Origin: Opitutales bacterium | Lineage (GTDB): Bacteria; Verrucomicrobiota; Verrucomicrobiia; Opitutales; CAXXNP01 | Direction of reading: 5' to 3' | DNA length: 64,000 nucleotides | Assembly (NCBI GenBank): GCA_963666595.2 | Contig: CAXXSV010000002.1 | Span: forward strand, 149,241-213,240 | Part shown: positions 1 to 10,800 of the stretch, one piece after another | Layout: each line of letters opens with the position of its first letter | How positions within the stretch are numbered: the first letter of the stretch is position 1 | The notes under the pieces: model-generated | The model's database searches: none | The model's input: only the letters and a program-made list of their open reading frames with translations | Told to the model about the DNA's origin: nothing | Made by a program: the position numbers and the translations under genes

Positions 1-1210
1 TGGAGTCGCCCTCAAGGTCGCGGGCCATTTGTCGCCACGAACAAAGGCTTACCATGAAATCTGGCTCGACGGCGATAAGGTGGCCGGAGGGGAACAGGAC
101 CACGAACCTATTTACGGCAAAACATATCTGCCCCGTAAATTCAAAACGGCTTTTGCCATTCCTCCCAGCAACGATGTCGACGTTTTCACCCACGACATGG
201 GCTTTATCGCGATTGTCGATGATGGCAGGCTGGCCGGGTTCAATGTTACTGCAGGAGGCGGCCTCGGCATGGACCACGGCAAGGTGCAAACCTTTCCCCG
301 GCTTGCAGACGTTCTCGGCTTTATAACCATCGAACAAGTTATCCCGGTGGCCGAAGCCATTGTGACTACCCAGAGGGATTTCGGGGACCGATCAAACCGC
401 AAGCATGCCCGCATGAAATATACAATCGAAGATCGCGGCATCAAATGGTTCAAACAAGAGATCGAGCAACGCGCGGGATTTAACTTGCAACCGGCCCGGC
501 CATTTAAATTTGACAGCATGACCGATCGCTATGGCTGGACCATGGGCATAAACGGGATGTGGCATTTTAATCTCTTTATCCAGAACGGCCGGATAATGGA
601 TACCGACGATTTCAAATTGAAGAGAGGCGTTAGTCTAATCGCCGGAATGCACCAGGGCGATTTTCGCCTGACTCCAAATCAGAACCTCATCATCGCCAAT
701 ATTTCTGAGGAAAAGAAACCCGAAATCGAAGCGCTGCTGTCGGAATATGGACTTATCAATAGTCATTTACAGACCGGACTGCGTCTCAACTCACTCGCTT
801 GCGTAGCTCTTCCCACTTGCGGCCTGGCTTTGGCCGAGAGCGAGCGCCAGATTCACGATATATTGATAGAACTGGAAAATATTTTAGATGATTCGGGTTT
901 GCGGGACGACGAAATTACAATACGCATGACCGGCTGCCCAAATGCATGCGCCCGGCCCTATGATGCCGAAATTGGCTTGGTGGGACGCGCTCCCGGTAAA
1001 TACAATCTATACCTGGGAGCAGCTTTCGATGGAAGCCGTCTGAATAAACTATACAAGAAACTGGAAAACGTGGAGCAAATTGCCGAGGAACTCGATCCGA
1101 TCATTCGCCGTTATGCCGTTGAACGGAATAATGGTGAACGCTTCGGGGACTTTTGCATCCGCGCCGGATATGTGAAAGCTACCGAAAGAGGCAACCAGTT
1201 TCACGATTAA
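1..1210 (+). CDS. cysI: Assimilatory sulfite reductase hemoprotein (beta) subunit, 5'-truncated by the window edge
   Basis: Frame is open from nt 2. YLPRKFK motif, siroheme/4Fe-4S motifs ACVALPTC and TGCPNAC, C-terminal ERFGDF. Confidence 0.95.
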   Translation, partial: GVALKVAGHLSPRTKAYHEIWLDGDKVAGGEQDHEPIYGKTYLPRKFKTAFAIPPSNDVDVFTHDMGFIAIVDDGRLAGFNVTAGGGLGMDHGKVQTFPRLADVLGFITIEQVIPVAEAIVTTQRDFGDRSNRKHARMKYTIEDRGIKWFKQEIEQRAGFNLQPARPFKFDSMTDRYGWTMGINGMWHFNLFIQNGRIMDTDDFKLKRGVSLIAGMHQGDFRLTPNQNLIIANISEEKKPEIEALLSEYGLINSHLQTGLRLNSLACVALPTCGLALAESERQIHDILIELENILDDSGLRDDEITIRMTGCPNACARPYDAEIGLVGRAPGKYNLYLGAAFDGSRLNKLYKKLENVEQIAEELDPIIRRYAVERNNGERFGDFCIRAGYVKATERGNQFHD

Positions 1211-1279
1211 ATCGACGGCGAAATGCCGCCGGTCCTTAGTCCTTTGTCGAGGTGAGTGGATGGGGCAGGGCGCGGCGGC

Positions 1280-1708
1280 TCAATCGAGCATGGCGATGCG
1301 ACGGGTATGGCGGCCACCGTCTTCGAAGGGCGTTTGCAGCCATTCCCTGACGATCTCGAGGGCTGTCTCCAGAGTTATCATGCGTTGTCCAATCGATACC
1401 ATATTGGCGTCATTGTGTCTGCGGGCCAACCGGGCGATTTCAGTGTTCCAGCATAGGGCGCATCGGATACCTTTTACCTTGTTGGCGCACATTACTTCGC
1501 CATTACCCGAGCCGCCAAGGACGATGCCGCGTTCACAACGGCCGTCCGCCACCGCTTCGGCTGTCGGCTTGATGAAAAGCGGGTAGTCCACCGACTCAGT
1601 GCTGTCCGTGCCAAAGTCCTCGACCTCGTGACCGAGTTCAACGAGCATGGACTTAATGGCTTCTTTGTATTCGAATCCTGCGTGGTCCGAGCCGAGTGCG
1701 ATTTTCAT
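1280..1708 (-). CDS. rpiB: Ribose 5-phosphate isomerase B
   Basis: GSDHAG, DYP, GSGNG, ARRHNDAN and GRHxRR motifs. Start taken at MKIALG. Confidence 0.93.
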   Translation of the reverse strand: MKIALGSDHAGFEYKEAIKSMLVELGHEVEDFGTDSTESVDYPLFIKPTAEAVADGRCERGIVLGGSGNGEVMCANKVKGIRCALCWNTEIARLARRHNDANMVSIGQRMITLETALEIVREWLQTPFEDGGRHTRRIAMLD

Positions 1709-1869
1709 GGCGGTCAAGGAGTCAGTTGAGCGTAATCATTCGAGGAAATCTGCGTGAATTGGAAAGGTTCATCAACAAGTTATAACAGGATTGGAAAAAA
1801 AGAGAGATAATTTCGATTGTTTCCGTAGAATCCTGCTTTATATCGGGTGACAAATACTTCTAAAGGCTC

Positions 1870-3030
1870 ATGACACTGCTGCACCGCTATATTTTCCGCT
1901 CCGTGCTGTTTACGAGCCTGGCTTCGGTTGGATTGTTCGTATTTGTCCTGCTGGCCGGGCGCACTCTCAAGGATATTGTTGGGTTGCTGGCGGCAGGCCG
2001 GTTATCGGGACAAATGTTTGTCGAGCTGATGCTCCTGCTGATCCCTTACATGGTTTCCTATGCCCTGCCCCTGGGGATGCTCACGGGTATGCTGTTGGTA
2101 TTGGGCAGGCTATCGGCTCAGCGCGAAATCGTGGCGCTGAAAGCGGCCGGGGTATCGATCTGGTATATCGGAGCGCCCATATTAGCTCTGGCTCTGCTCG
2201 GCGTGGTTCTCAGCGGAGCAATTAATTGTTATTACGCTCCCCATGCCAAGACACGCTACCGGGCCAGACTTGCCGAATCGGTAAGTGAAGACCCGTTACG
2301 CTATATCGTTCCCAAAACTTTTATTCACGATTTCCCCGGATACGTCATTTACGCCGGCGAAAAGTCCGGCCAAACCCTGGAGGACTTCTGGATATGGGAA
2401 TTGGATGATGAGCAGCGTGCTGTGAGGGTGCTGCGAGCCCGGTCCGGCCAAGTTCAATACGATGCCGAGGGCGACGCACTGATACTCACCCTTGAAGAAG
2501 GCTTTACAGAGCTGCGCAGCGAAAATAACCCCGATGATATGCAAACAATCCGTCCCACGATCTCATTTAGCGAAGCAATAATTCGCCTGCCCCTGGACAA
2601 GCTTTTAGGCACCATCCGGCAGACTCAAAGGCTTTCGGACATGGACATAGGGCAACTGCTTAAAAAACGCTCGAATCTTGCCTTGCAACTGGAACAGCTC
2701 GACTCCGGGGAAGATACCGAAGTTCGAGCCGCCCTGGAGGTCGAAAAAATGAAAACGCAGGTGCAGTTGCAGAAGAATCTGGCAATGGCGTTCTCCATTC
2801 TCTCTCTGGCCCTGATCGGCATTCCTATGGGCATTCGTGTCAGTCGGAGTGAAACACATGCCAATATCGCCCTGGCGCTCATTCTGGCGCTTACCTACTA
2901 CTTTCTGATGATCATGGTCGGGTGGCTGGACAAAAATCCGACCCTACGTCCCGATCTGTTGGTCTGGTTGCCCAACATCCTCTACCAGAGCCTCGGTGTA
3001 TGGCTGTTGGTCCGCGCCAACCGCCATTAG
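1870..3030 (+). CDS. lptF: LPS export ABC transporter permease, LptF/LptG family
   Basis: LHRYI N-terminus, 3+3 TM layout around a periplasmic domain, EIVALKAAGVS and WLPN motifs. Confidence 0.8.
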   Translation: MTLLHRYIFRSVLFTSLASVGLFVFVLLAGRTLKDIVGLLAAGRLSGQMFVELMLLLIPYMVSYALPLGMLTGMLLVLGRLSAQREIVALKAAGVSIWYIGAPILALALLGVVLSGAINCYYAPHAKTRYRARLAESVSEDPLRYIVPKTFIHDFPGYVIYAGEKSGQTLEDFWIWELDDEQRAVRVLRARSGQVQYDAEGDALILTLEEGFTELRSENNPDDMQTIRPTISFSEAIIRLPLDKLLGTIRQTQRLSDMDIGQLLKKRSNLALQLEQLDSGEDTEVRAALEVEKMKTQVQLQKNLAMAFSILSLALIGIPMGIRVSRSETHANIALALILALTYYFLMIMVGWLDKNPTLRPDLLVWLPNILYQSLGVWLLVRANRH

Positions 3031-3139
3031 GGCTAACATTTTCGAGCAGTCTCAAGGGTCTCAGAAACTTATTCCCAATTGGCGCTTTTCCCTTGCTGCC
3101 TGGGACATGCCACATTCAAATGCTGCCCAAAAGACCGGC

Positions 3140-6100
3140 ATGTATCTCAAGGAATTACGCCTGAATGGTTTTAAAAGCTTTGCCGACGAAACATTTTTGG
3201 CGTTGGAGCCCGGGCTGACCGCCATAGTTGGTCCCAACGGATGTGGCAAAACCAATATTGCCGACGCCATTCGATGGGTGCTTGGCGAGCAGAAAACCAA
3301 ATCTCTGCGGGCCGGGACCATGCAGGATGTCATTTTTCAGGGCTCGGACACCCGTAAACCGGTAAACCTTTGCGAAGTCTCCCTGCTCTTTACCGATTGT
3401 GAAAAGGAACTTAAAACATCTTTTCACGAGGTCGAGGTTGCCCGGCGATTAAATCGCGATGGCGGCAGCGATTATTATATCAACGGCAAGATGTGCCGCC
3501 TGAAGGATATTCAGAATCTGTTCATGGATACGGGGATCGGACGGGTTTCCTATTCGTTCATGCTGCAAGGGCAGATCGATCAGATTCTTTCCTCTAATCC
3601 CGTGGAGCGGCGTGCGATTTTCGAAGAAGCAGCAGGCATTTCCAGATACAAGGCCCAGCGCAAGGAAGCTTTCAATAAGTTGGCGCTGGTGGACTCCAAT
3701 CTGGTCCGGGTCACCGACGTAATTGAAGAAGTGGGGCGCCAAATCGGTTCGCTCAGACGCCAGGCCGGCAAGGCATTGCGCTACAAACGGATAAAGCGGA
3801 GGCTCACCCATATAGACTTGGCTGGTCAGGGCCATAAATATGGCCTTTTGCGCTCCGATATGGTTACGATTGACGAGCAAGCGTCCGGACTGCGCGGTAA
3901 GGTCAACGCCATGCGGGATCGTCAGCTTGCCGGCGAAGCGGAGGTAGGAGTAAAAAAACCCCATCGGGCCGATCTCTACGAATCTCTCCAACGGGCGCAG
4001 CAAACCGTATTTGATTTACGCTCCGAAAAAGAACAAGCCGAAAACCAGGCGGAGTTATCAGCCGTCCGTGCCAATGACCAGAGTAACCGTCTTGAACAAA
4101 TCCGAAAGGAACAAACCACCCTCCGATCGCAGAAGGAGGAATTGGCTGACCAGGCAGCAAGTGAAGCACGCCGCAAAGGGGAGCAGCTGGAAATCATAGG
4201 CTGCTCCGATCAGGATTTTCAGGAAAAAAGCAGTCGGCTGTCAGTATTTCGGGAAAAGCTGGGCCTGCTGGAAAAGGAACAGCAGCAACACAAACAAGAC
4301 CTCCTTATACGAGAGAGCCACTTTGCAGGATTGCGCTCCAACTGCAACGATATCGAAGTAGAACTGAAAACTTGCCAGGCGCGTCACACCAGTTTGAACG
4401 AGGATATTTTAAACATGCAAAAGGCCTGCGCCGCCGGGGAGGATAACCTGGAAAAGACCCGCAGTTTGCTGGTTGCCCGCTGTGTGGATAGGAAAGAGGC
4501 GGAGGATGAGCTGCAAAAATTGCAAGATGGGGCCGATGTCAACCGTAAGGCATCTTACCGTATCCAGAATCAAATTCAGGAAATTGATCGTGTCATAGTA
4601 AGGATTTCCGCCAGGGCCGAAGTCCTGATAGCCTTGCAGGAAAATTTTGAAGGGTTCGGCGAAGGCGCCAAATCAATCCTGCAGGGCAAGCTGGATGGGA
4701 TTTTGTCCACGGAAAGCTACAGGTTACTCACTCGGCATCTACATGTGGAGCCTGCTTATGCCAAGGCCATCGAAGCCCTTCTGGGTACCGCCGAGGACAC
4801 AATCGCGTTGAGCAACAAAGCTGATTTAAGGGCTGTGACCGAGCGATTGGAGACAAATAAACTTGGCCGTGCCTGTCTGCAAATATCGGCTCCACCCAAA
4901 GGGTCCGGGCAAGTCAACGGTTCCCCGGAATGGCTTAGACCGGCCTTAGAAGTGATCAGTTGCGACATTCCGGAAATGGAAGCGCTGTTGAAAAATCTTT
5001 TTGCGGATTGTTATTTTTGCGAAAGTCTCAGTGATTTCCTGAGCTTTTGGGAAGAAAATGGGGAATTCGAATTCCTACTCGTGGCAACAACCCAGGGCGA
5101 TCTGATTGATCGGCGCGGATTGATCTATGCAGGCCACGGCGCCGTCCAGGCCGAGGGTTATTGGCAGCGTGACGCCGAAATAAAACGGCTGGGCCGGGAA
5201 CTTGGTGAGCAGCGGGAATTTCTCGAAAGCCGGCGCTCCGAGGCTTCAAAATTGAAGGACGATCTCGACGAGTCGGCAGAGCGGATTGAGGAAAGACGCA
5301 AAAGTCTCATGGAAACGGTCCAGGAAATCTCTACCCTGGAAACACAGGAAGGGGCTTTCCTGGACACCTTGACGGAAAACCGGGATCGAATCGACCGGGC
5401 AGAAAAGAATTTATTGGAATTCGAAGACAACAAGTCGGATTCCGCAAATCGTCTTGAGAGGGCCAACGCGCAATTGACGGATGCAGAGGCGGATCTCGAA
5501 AACCTCAGTCAAACCATTGCCGGTCTTGAGCAAAATGTAACCAGGTTGAATGAAGAACGCGAGGCCCATCAGGAAGGAATCTCGGAAGCTCGCCTTGTGC
5601 TGGCCGAGAAACGCCAGAGCCTGGAGATGCTTGACCGGGGCATTGATGAGCTGGAGGCCAAGTCAAAGGAGATCGATCAGATCCTATTTCGAAGCGATCA
5701 GGAAATCGACACACTGCGTGCCCAGATAGATGATCTCGAACGTGAAGCATCGGAACAGCGTGCACGAGCCGCGGAAATTGAAAAAAACCTTCAAATAACA
5801 TTGGGTACTCTCGAAGAAACCCGCGTATCGATGGCGACTTCCGAAAAGGAAATCAGCGACATCGAAGAATCCATGGCCTCACTGCGTGAAGAAATCCATA
5901 CAGTGGAAACCGATCTAAACCGTCTGGATATTAAACTCGCCCAGCAGCGATCCGAGCTTAATTTCCTGCTCGAAGAAATCCGACGAGAATACGACCTGGA
6001 CCTGGATTCGGTGGTCTGGAGACGAGAATTGTGGTTTGCCGGAGAGGCATTGCCGGAACGCATACGGGTCGATATTGAGGAAGAATCACCCGATGAGGAA

Positions 6101-6859
6101 GATGTAACCGAGCCTCGGAGTGAACCTTCCGCCGAGGAATTGGAAGCCCTCGAAAGCCCCGATTGGACCGCTCTGGCCGAGGAAATTAATTCCCTGCGCA
6201 GCCGACTCCATGCTATGGGTCCGATCAACTTGATTGCCATCGAGGAACATGAATCGCTGAAAGAGCGTCATCTTTTCCTGAAAACCCAAAGCGACGACCT
6301 CCACAAGTCAAAGGACCAATTGTTGGCCGCCATCGACGATATCAACAAGATATCACTGAAGCTTTTTGAAACAACCTTCGAACATATCCGCAAGAATTTC
6401 CAATACACCTTCGATATTCTTTTTAGAGGCGGAGAGGCCGACCTGAAATTGATCGATACTGAGGACGTCCTCGAATCCGGAATCGACATTACGGCCAGAC
6501 CCCCGGGGACCCGTTTAAAAACCCTTGTTTTACTCAGTGGAGGGCAAAAGGCCCTCACCGCCGTGGCGCTGCTCTTTGCCGTTTACATGGTCAAGCCAAG
6601 CCCCTTTTGCCTGCTGGACGAATTGGACGCTCCTCTCGACGATGCCAATGTGGGACGTTTCACCGACCTGTTGAAACGTTTCCTGAAATATTCGCAATTC
6701 CTCATAATAACCCACAATAAACGCACCATCGGAGTGGCTGACTCCGTTTATGGGATAACCATGCAGGAAAAAGGTGTCTCCAAAGTAATATCCATGCGGC
6801 TGGATAAAGAGCCGGTACATGCGGAAGAACCCGAGGAAGTTGAGGCAAAAATCGGCTGA
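3140..6859 (+). CDS. smc: Chromosome segregation protein SMC
   Basis: GFKSF, Walker A GPNGCGKTN, long coiled coils, hinge, LSGGQ signature, LLDELDAPLD Walker B/D-loop. Start reassigned to ATG 3140. Confidence 0.96.
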   Translation: MYLKELRLNGFKSFADETFLALEPGLTAIVGPNGCGKTNIADAIRWVLGEQKTKSLRAGTMQDVIFQGSDTRKPVNLCEVSLLFTDCEKELKTSFHEVEVARRLNRDGGSDYYINGKMCRLKDIQNLFMDTGIGRVSYSFMLQGQIDQILSSNPVERRAIFEEAAGISRYKAQRKEAFNKLALVDSNLVRVTDVIEEVGRQIGSLRRQAGKALRYKRIKRRLTHIDLAGQGHKYGLLRSDMVTIDEQASGLRGKVNAMRDRQLAGEAEVGVKKPHRADLYESLQRAQQTVFDLRSEKEQAENQAELSAVRANDQSNRLEQIRKEQTTLRSQKEELADQAASEARRKGEQLEIIGCSDQDFQEKSSRLSVFREKLGLLEKEQQQHKQDLLIRESHFAGLRSNCNDIEVELKTCQARHTSLNEDILNMQKACAAGEDNLEKTRSLLVARCVDRKEAEDELQKLQDGADVNRKASYRIQNQIQEIDRVIVRISARAEVLIALQENFEGFGEGAKSILQGKLDGILSTESYRLLTRHLHVEPAYAKAIEALLGTAEDTIALSNKADLRAVTERLETNKLGRACLQISAPPKGSGQVNGSPEWLRPALEVISCDIPEMEALLKNLFADCYFCESLSDFLSFWEENGEFEFLLVATTQGDLIDRRGLIYAGHGAVQAEGYWQRDAEIKRLGRELGEQREFLESRRSEASKLKDDLDESAERIEERRKSLMETVQEISTLETQEGAFLDTLTENRDRIDRAEKNLLEFEDNKSDSANRLERANAQLTDAEADLENLSQTIAGLEQNVTRLNEEREAHQEGISEARLVLAEKRQSLEMLDRGIDELEAKSKEIDQILFRSDQEIDTLRAQIDDLEREASEQRARAAEIEKNLQITLGTLEETRVSMATSEKEISDIEESMASLREEIHTVETDLNRLDIKLAQQRSELNFLLEEIRREYDLDLDSVVWRRELWFAGEALPERIRVDIEEESPDEEDVTEPRSEPSAEELEALESPDWTALAEEINSLRSRLHAMGPINLIAIEEHESLKERHLFLKTQSDDLHKSKDQLLAAIDDINKISLKLFETTFEHIRKNFQYTFDILFRGGEADLKLIDTEDVLESGIDITARPPGTRLKTLVLLSGGQKALTAVALLFAVYMVKPSPFCLLDELDAPLDDANVGRFTDLLKRFLKYSQFLIITHNKRTIGVADSVYGITMQEKGVSKVISMRLDKEPVHAEEPEEVEAKIG

Positions 6860-7012
6860 AAATAAAATTTTTATTGAAGAAAAGAGTATTAGCCGTAAAT
6901 ACATTGGGCCGCCGCTCTTTGCGCAATCCCAACCTGGCCCTCCGGTCGTGCCGTAAAACACGAATTTAATTTCAGTAACTCCTGAAATGTTTTTTTAAAA
7001 TTACAGCAATTA

Positions 7013-7210
7013 ATGTATGATCAAAATATTCACCGAAAGCATTTTCTCACAAAACTGGGGGCTTTGGCACTGAGTGCCGTTGGGCTTTCCAAAATTACCC
7101 GCGCCGACGAACCTTCTTCCGGGGAAACGGAGGATTCGCCCAAAGAAACGCCTGCCATTGCGGCGAAAAAAGAACCTCGGGCGGTCGAACAGTCTGCCGA
7201 CCGGGTCTAA
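7013..7210 (+). CDS. Small hypothetical protein with Tat-like signal (RKHFL plus hydrophobic segment), first gene of the ACIII operon
   Basis: 65-aa ATG ORF 33 nt upstream of actA, same strand, signal-like N-terminus. Confidence 0.55.
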   Translation: MYDQNIHRKHFLTKLGALALSAVGLSKITRADEPSSGETEDSPKETPAIAAKKEPRAVEQSADRV

Positions 7211-7243
7211 AAACATCGCTGACTGGGGCACGGGGCATTCGCA

Positions 7244-7897
7244 ATGGCAAATATATTTCCCAAATGGTCAAACGCAGTTCCGTTGCAGCTGCTGATTGCC
7301 TTGCTCTTGCTCGGGACGGCGGTTACCGCCGGTGTCACCTATTACTTTACGCCCAAATACACGAAGGTTGGTTATATGCCCGTCCAGCCGGTCGCATACA
7401 GCCATTATCTGCACGTCGGCCAACTCGGTCTGGATTGCCGCTACTGCCACACATACGTTGACCGCTCCGGCCACGCCAATATCCCCGATGCGGCAACGTG
7501 TATGAACTGTCATAATCAGATATTGCCTGACAGTCCGGCCTTGGCCCCCATTCGGGAGAGTTATGCCTCTGGCGACCCGGTTCCGTGGGTAAAAGTTCAC
7601 ACAATGCCTGATTATGTCTATTTTAATCACGCGGTGCACGTAAACCGGGGTATAAGTTGTGTGGAATGCCATGGGCAGATTAACGAGATGGAGGTTGTTT
7701 ACCACGCCAAGTCGTTGAGCATGAAATTTTGCCTGGATTGCCACCGCCACCCGGAAAATTTCCTTAGACCACTTGACAAAGTTTACGATCTGGACTGGAA
7801 GCCTGAATCTTCCCAAGTCCAGATAGAAGCAGGGCAGCAAATGGTTCACGACTGGAAGATTTCTCCTCCGGAAAGCTGTTCGGGCTGCCATCGATAG
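7244..7897 (+). CDS. actA: Alternative complex III pentaheme cytochrome c subunit
   Basis: N-terminal TM helix and five CxxCH motifs (CRYCH, CMNCH, CVECH, CLDCH, CSGCH). Confidence 0.93.
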   Translation: MANIFPKWSNAVPLQLLIALLLLGTAVTAGVTYYFTPKYTKVGYMPVQPVAYSHYLHVGQLGLDCRYCHTYVDRSGHANIPDAATCMNCHNQILPDSPALAPIRESYASGDPVPWVKVHTMPDYVYFNHAVHVNRGISCVECHGQINEMEVVYHAKSLSMKFCLDCHRHPENFLRPLDKVYDLDWKPESSQVQIEAGQQMVHDWKISPPESCSGCHR

Positions 7898-7898
7898 C

Positions 7899-10800
7899 AT
7901 GAAGACAAATTCGCATAATTCCCAAAAGGTCGTAGACGAGGTAGTAGGACCTCGTTACTGGCGGAGTTTGGACGAATTGATGGAAACGCCCGGTTTCGAG
8001 GAGTTCGTCCAGCGCGAATTTCCACAGGGCGCCTCAGATATGGAAGGAGTGAACCGGCGGCAGTTTATAAAGATCATGACCGCCTCGTTTGCCCTGGCAG
8101 GCGCCGGTTTATCGGGCTGCCGACAGCCTGTGGCCCGCATAATGCCCTATTCCAGGCAGCCGGATCGAATTGTACCCGGTGTCCCGGTTTATTACGCCAC
8201 CTCTTTACCCACGGCAAAGGACAATATTCCCCTTGTCGTTGAAACGCACCAGGCACGTCCTACCAAGATTGAGGGCAACCACCTATACGGAGCCTACGGT
8301 GGATCGACGGATGTTTTCGCCCAGGCCAGCGTGCTCGACCTTTACGACCCCGATCGGGCCACGGCCGACAGCCGGGGAACCCGGTCCATCACGCGGGCCG
8401 AAGTCAACGACCTTTTACAGTCGGTGCATGATAAATACCTGTCCACCGATGGACAGGGGCTGGCTTTTCTGGTGGAAGAATCCACATCTCCAACCCGCGC
8501 CCGCATGCAGAGTGAACTGCTCGAGAAATTCCCGCGCGCAGTATGGGCGGAATACGAACCGGTTGACAGCAACAACCCGGAAATTGCAACAAAAAGGTTG
8601 TTTGGTCAGAGATTGCGCCCCCAATACCAATTGAGAAAGACTCGGCGCGTACTCTCGCTCGATACCGACTTTCTGCACAAGGAACCGGGCAACCTGAAAT
8701 ATGCCCGGGATTTTGCCGACGGACGGCGCTTTCTCCACGCCGGAGAAGCCGAGTCGGACAAGATGAACCGTCTCTACCAGGTAGAAAGCGCGTTGACCGT
8801 AACAGGCTCGATGGCCGACCACAGACTGCGGATGTCTACCGGCCAGATTCCAGCTTTTACCGCCCTGGTGGCTGCGGAGGTCCTGCGTCAAAAACATAGC
8901 GATAGCGCCCTCGAAGGGAAATTCAATAAATGGGGAAAGGGCATCTCCGTCGACCAGCAGTGGATAGAGGAATGTGTATCGGACCTGATAAACTTTGAAG
9001 GCGAGGCCCTGGTTGTATGCGGCAGCCACCTTCCCGTTGAAGTGCATCAATTGGTGTTTTTCATCAATGATCTTATCGGGGCGAACGGCCGAACTGTGGC
9101 CTACCTCGAGTTGCCTGAACGGGAAGCGGCCACCATCTCTGATTTAGCATCGGAAATCGAAAAAGGCAGAGTGGAAACCCTGATAATCATCGGGGGCAAT
9201 CCCGCCTATAATGCGCCGGCCGACCTCAACTGGGGGCAACTGCAATCCAGTGTAAAGGAAGTCATTCGCCACGGTTACCATGTCGATGAAACCTCTCTCC
9301 TGGCGATCGAGAATAAGGGCCATCACATCGCTGCCACCCATTTTCTGGAGTCCTGGAGTGACGGGCGCGCATTCGATGGCACAATTTGTGCGGTTCAGCC
9401 AATGATCCTGCCGCTCTTTAAAGGAATGCAGGAACTAGAATTGCTGGGTAGGCTGTCCGGAGCCGCGAACACCGATCCATATACCCTGGTTTTTGAAACC
9501 TTCAGCATCCTCACTGACGAGGCCGACAAGGAGAAGGCCTTTAACCGGTTTCTAAACTCAGGTTTGCTGCCTGATACGGCCTTTAAGGCCGTAAAAGTCG
9601 ATCCGGACAGACCTCTTTTAAAATCCACCCTCGCCACCGCAGATTTCTCATCTTCCATACAGAAATTAAACAATTTGGAGGTACGCATAGTTCCCGATAA
9701 CCACACATGGGACGGCCGTTACAACAACAATGGCTGGTTGCAGGAATGTCCGGACCCCATGACCAAATTGACTTGGGAAAACGCTATCCAGATCAGCCCG
9801 AGACTGGCAAAGGAAATCGGATTCGATCCACGGACTTCCACTTTACTGAAAGTTTCTGCCAAGAGCAGCAGCACTTTCGAAGGAGGTTTCGATGTTGCCC
9901 CGGTGGCCGAGATCACCATCGACGGCGTTTCCCTCAAAGGGCCAGTGCACATTCAGCCCGGACTGGCGGATTACACAGTCCTCTTATCCATAGGCTACGG
10001 GCGCACCAAAACGGGCCGTGTCGGCAAGGGTGCTGGATTTAATGTATATCCCTTTTTAAAGGTAAAGGCTCCAGCTTATTCATCGGGCGCAGTCCTCAGT
10101 CTTACCGGTGAAACTTCTTACCTCGCCAATACCCAGAGACATTGGTCCATGGAGGGCCGGGGCATTATCCGCGAGGCAAATGTTGAGGACTACCAGGAGC
10201 ACCCGGACTTTGCGCAAAAAATCGGCATCGAATCGCATTCACCGCCAATATTCGGCACCGCCAAAGATAAGTCCCTGCAATTCAAAGTCGCCAATCAACC
10301 GCGGGGCGGTTCCGCCTACGAGATACCTACATTCGGCGGCGCTCAACAGTGGGGCATGACGATCGATCTCAACACGTGCATCGGCTGCAATGCCTGTGTG
10401 GTCGCCTGCCAGAGCGAAAACAATATTCCCATCGTGGGGAAAGAACAAGTTTTGCGCGGGCGGGAGATGCAATGGATACGCCTCGATCGTTATTACTCCA
10501 GCGGCGACGAGGAAGCCAATAGGAAGGAGATTCCGGCCGATCCGCAGGTTTCGCTCATGCCCGTAAACTGCATGCATTGCGAAAACGCACCCTGTGAGCA
10601 GGTGTGCCCGGTCAACGCCACAGTGCACGACGATGAAGGCTTGAACGTTATGGCATACAACCGCTGCGTGGGCACCCGTTATTGCGCAAACAACTGTCCC
10701 TACAAGGTGCGCCGCTTCAACTTCTTCGACTGGAATAAACGCGATCTCGATCATTTATACGAAGGACCCGTCGGGCCGGCCGGCATGCCCGAATTGCAGA

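Noticed and set aside
2996-3139. N-terminal extension of the SMC ORF (likewise the extensions at 13573, 41289, 46529, 47748 and 39715)
   Set aside because: These start at alternative codons, mostly overlap neighbouring genes, and precede the family-typical N-termini; downstream ATGs were chosen.
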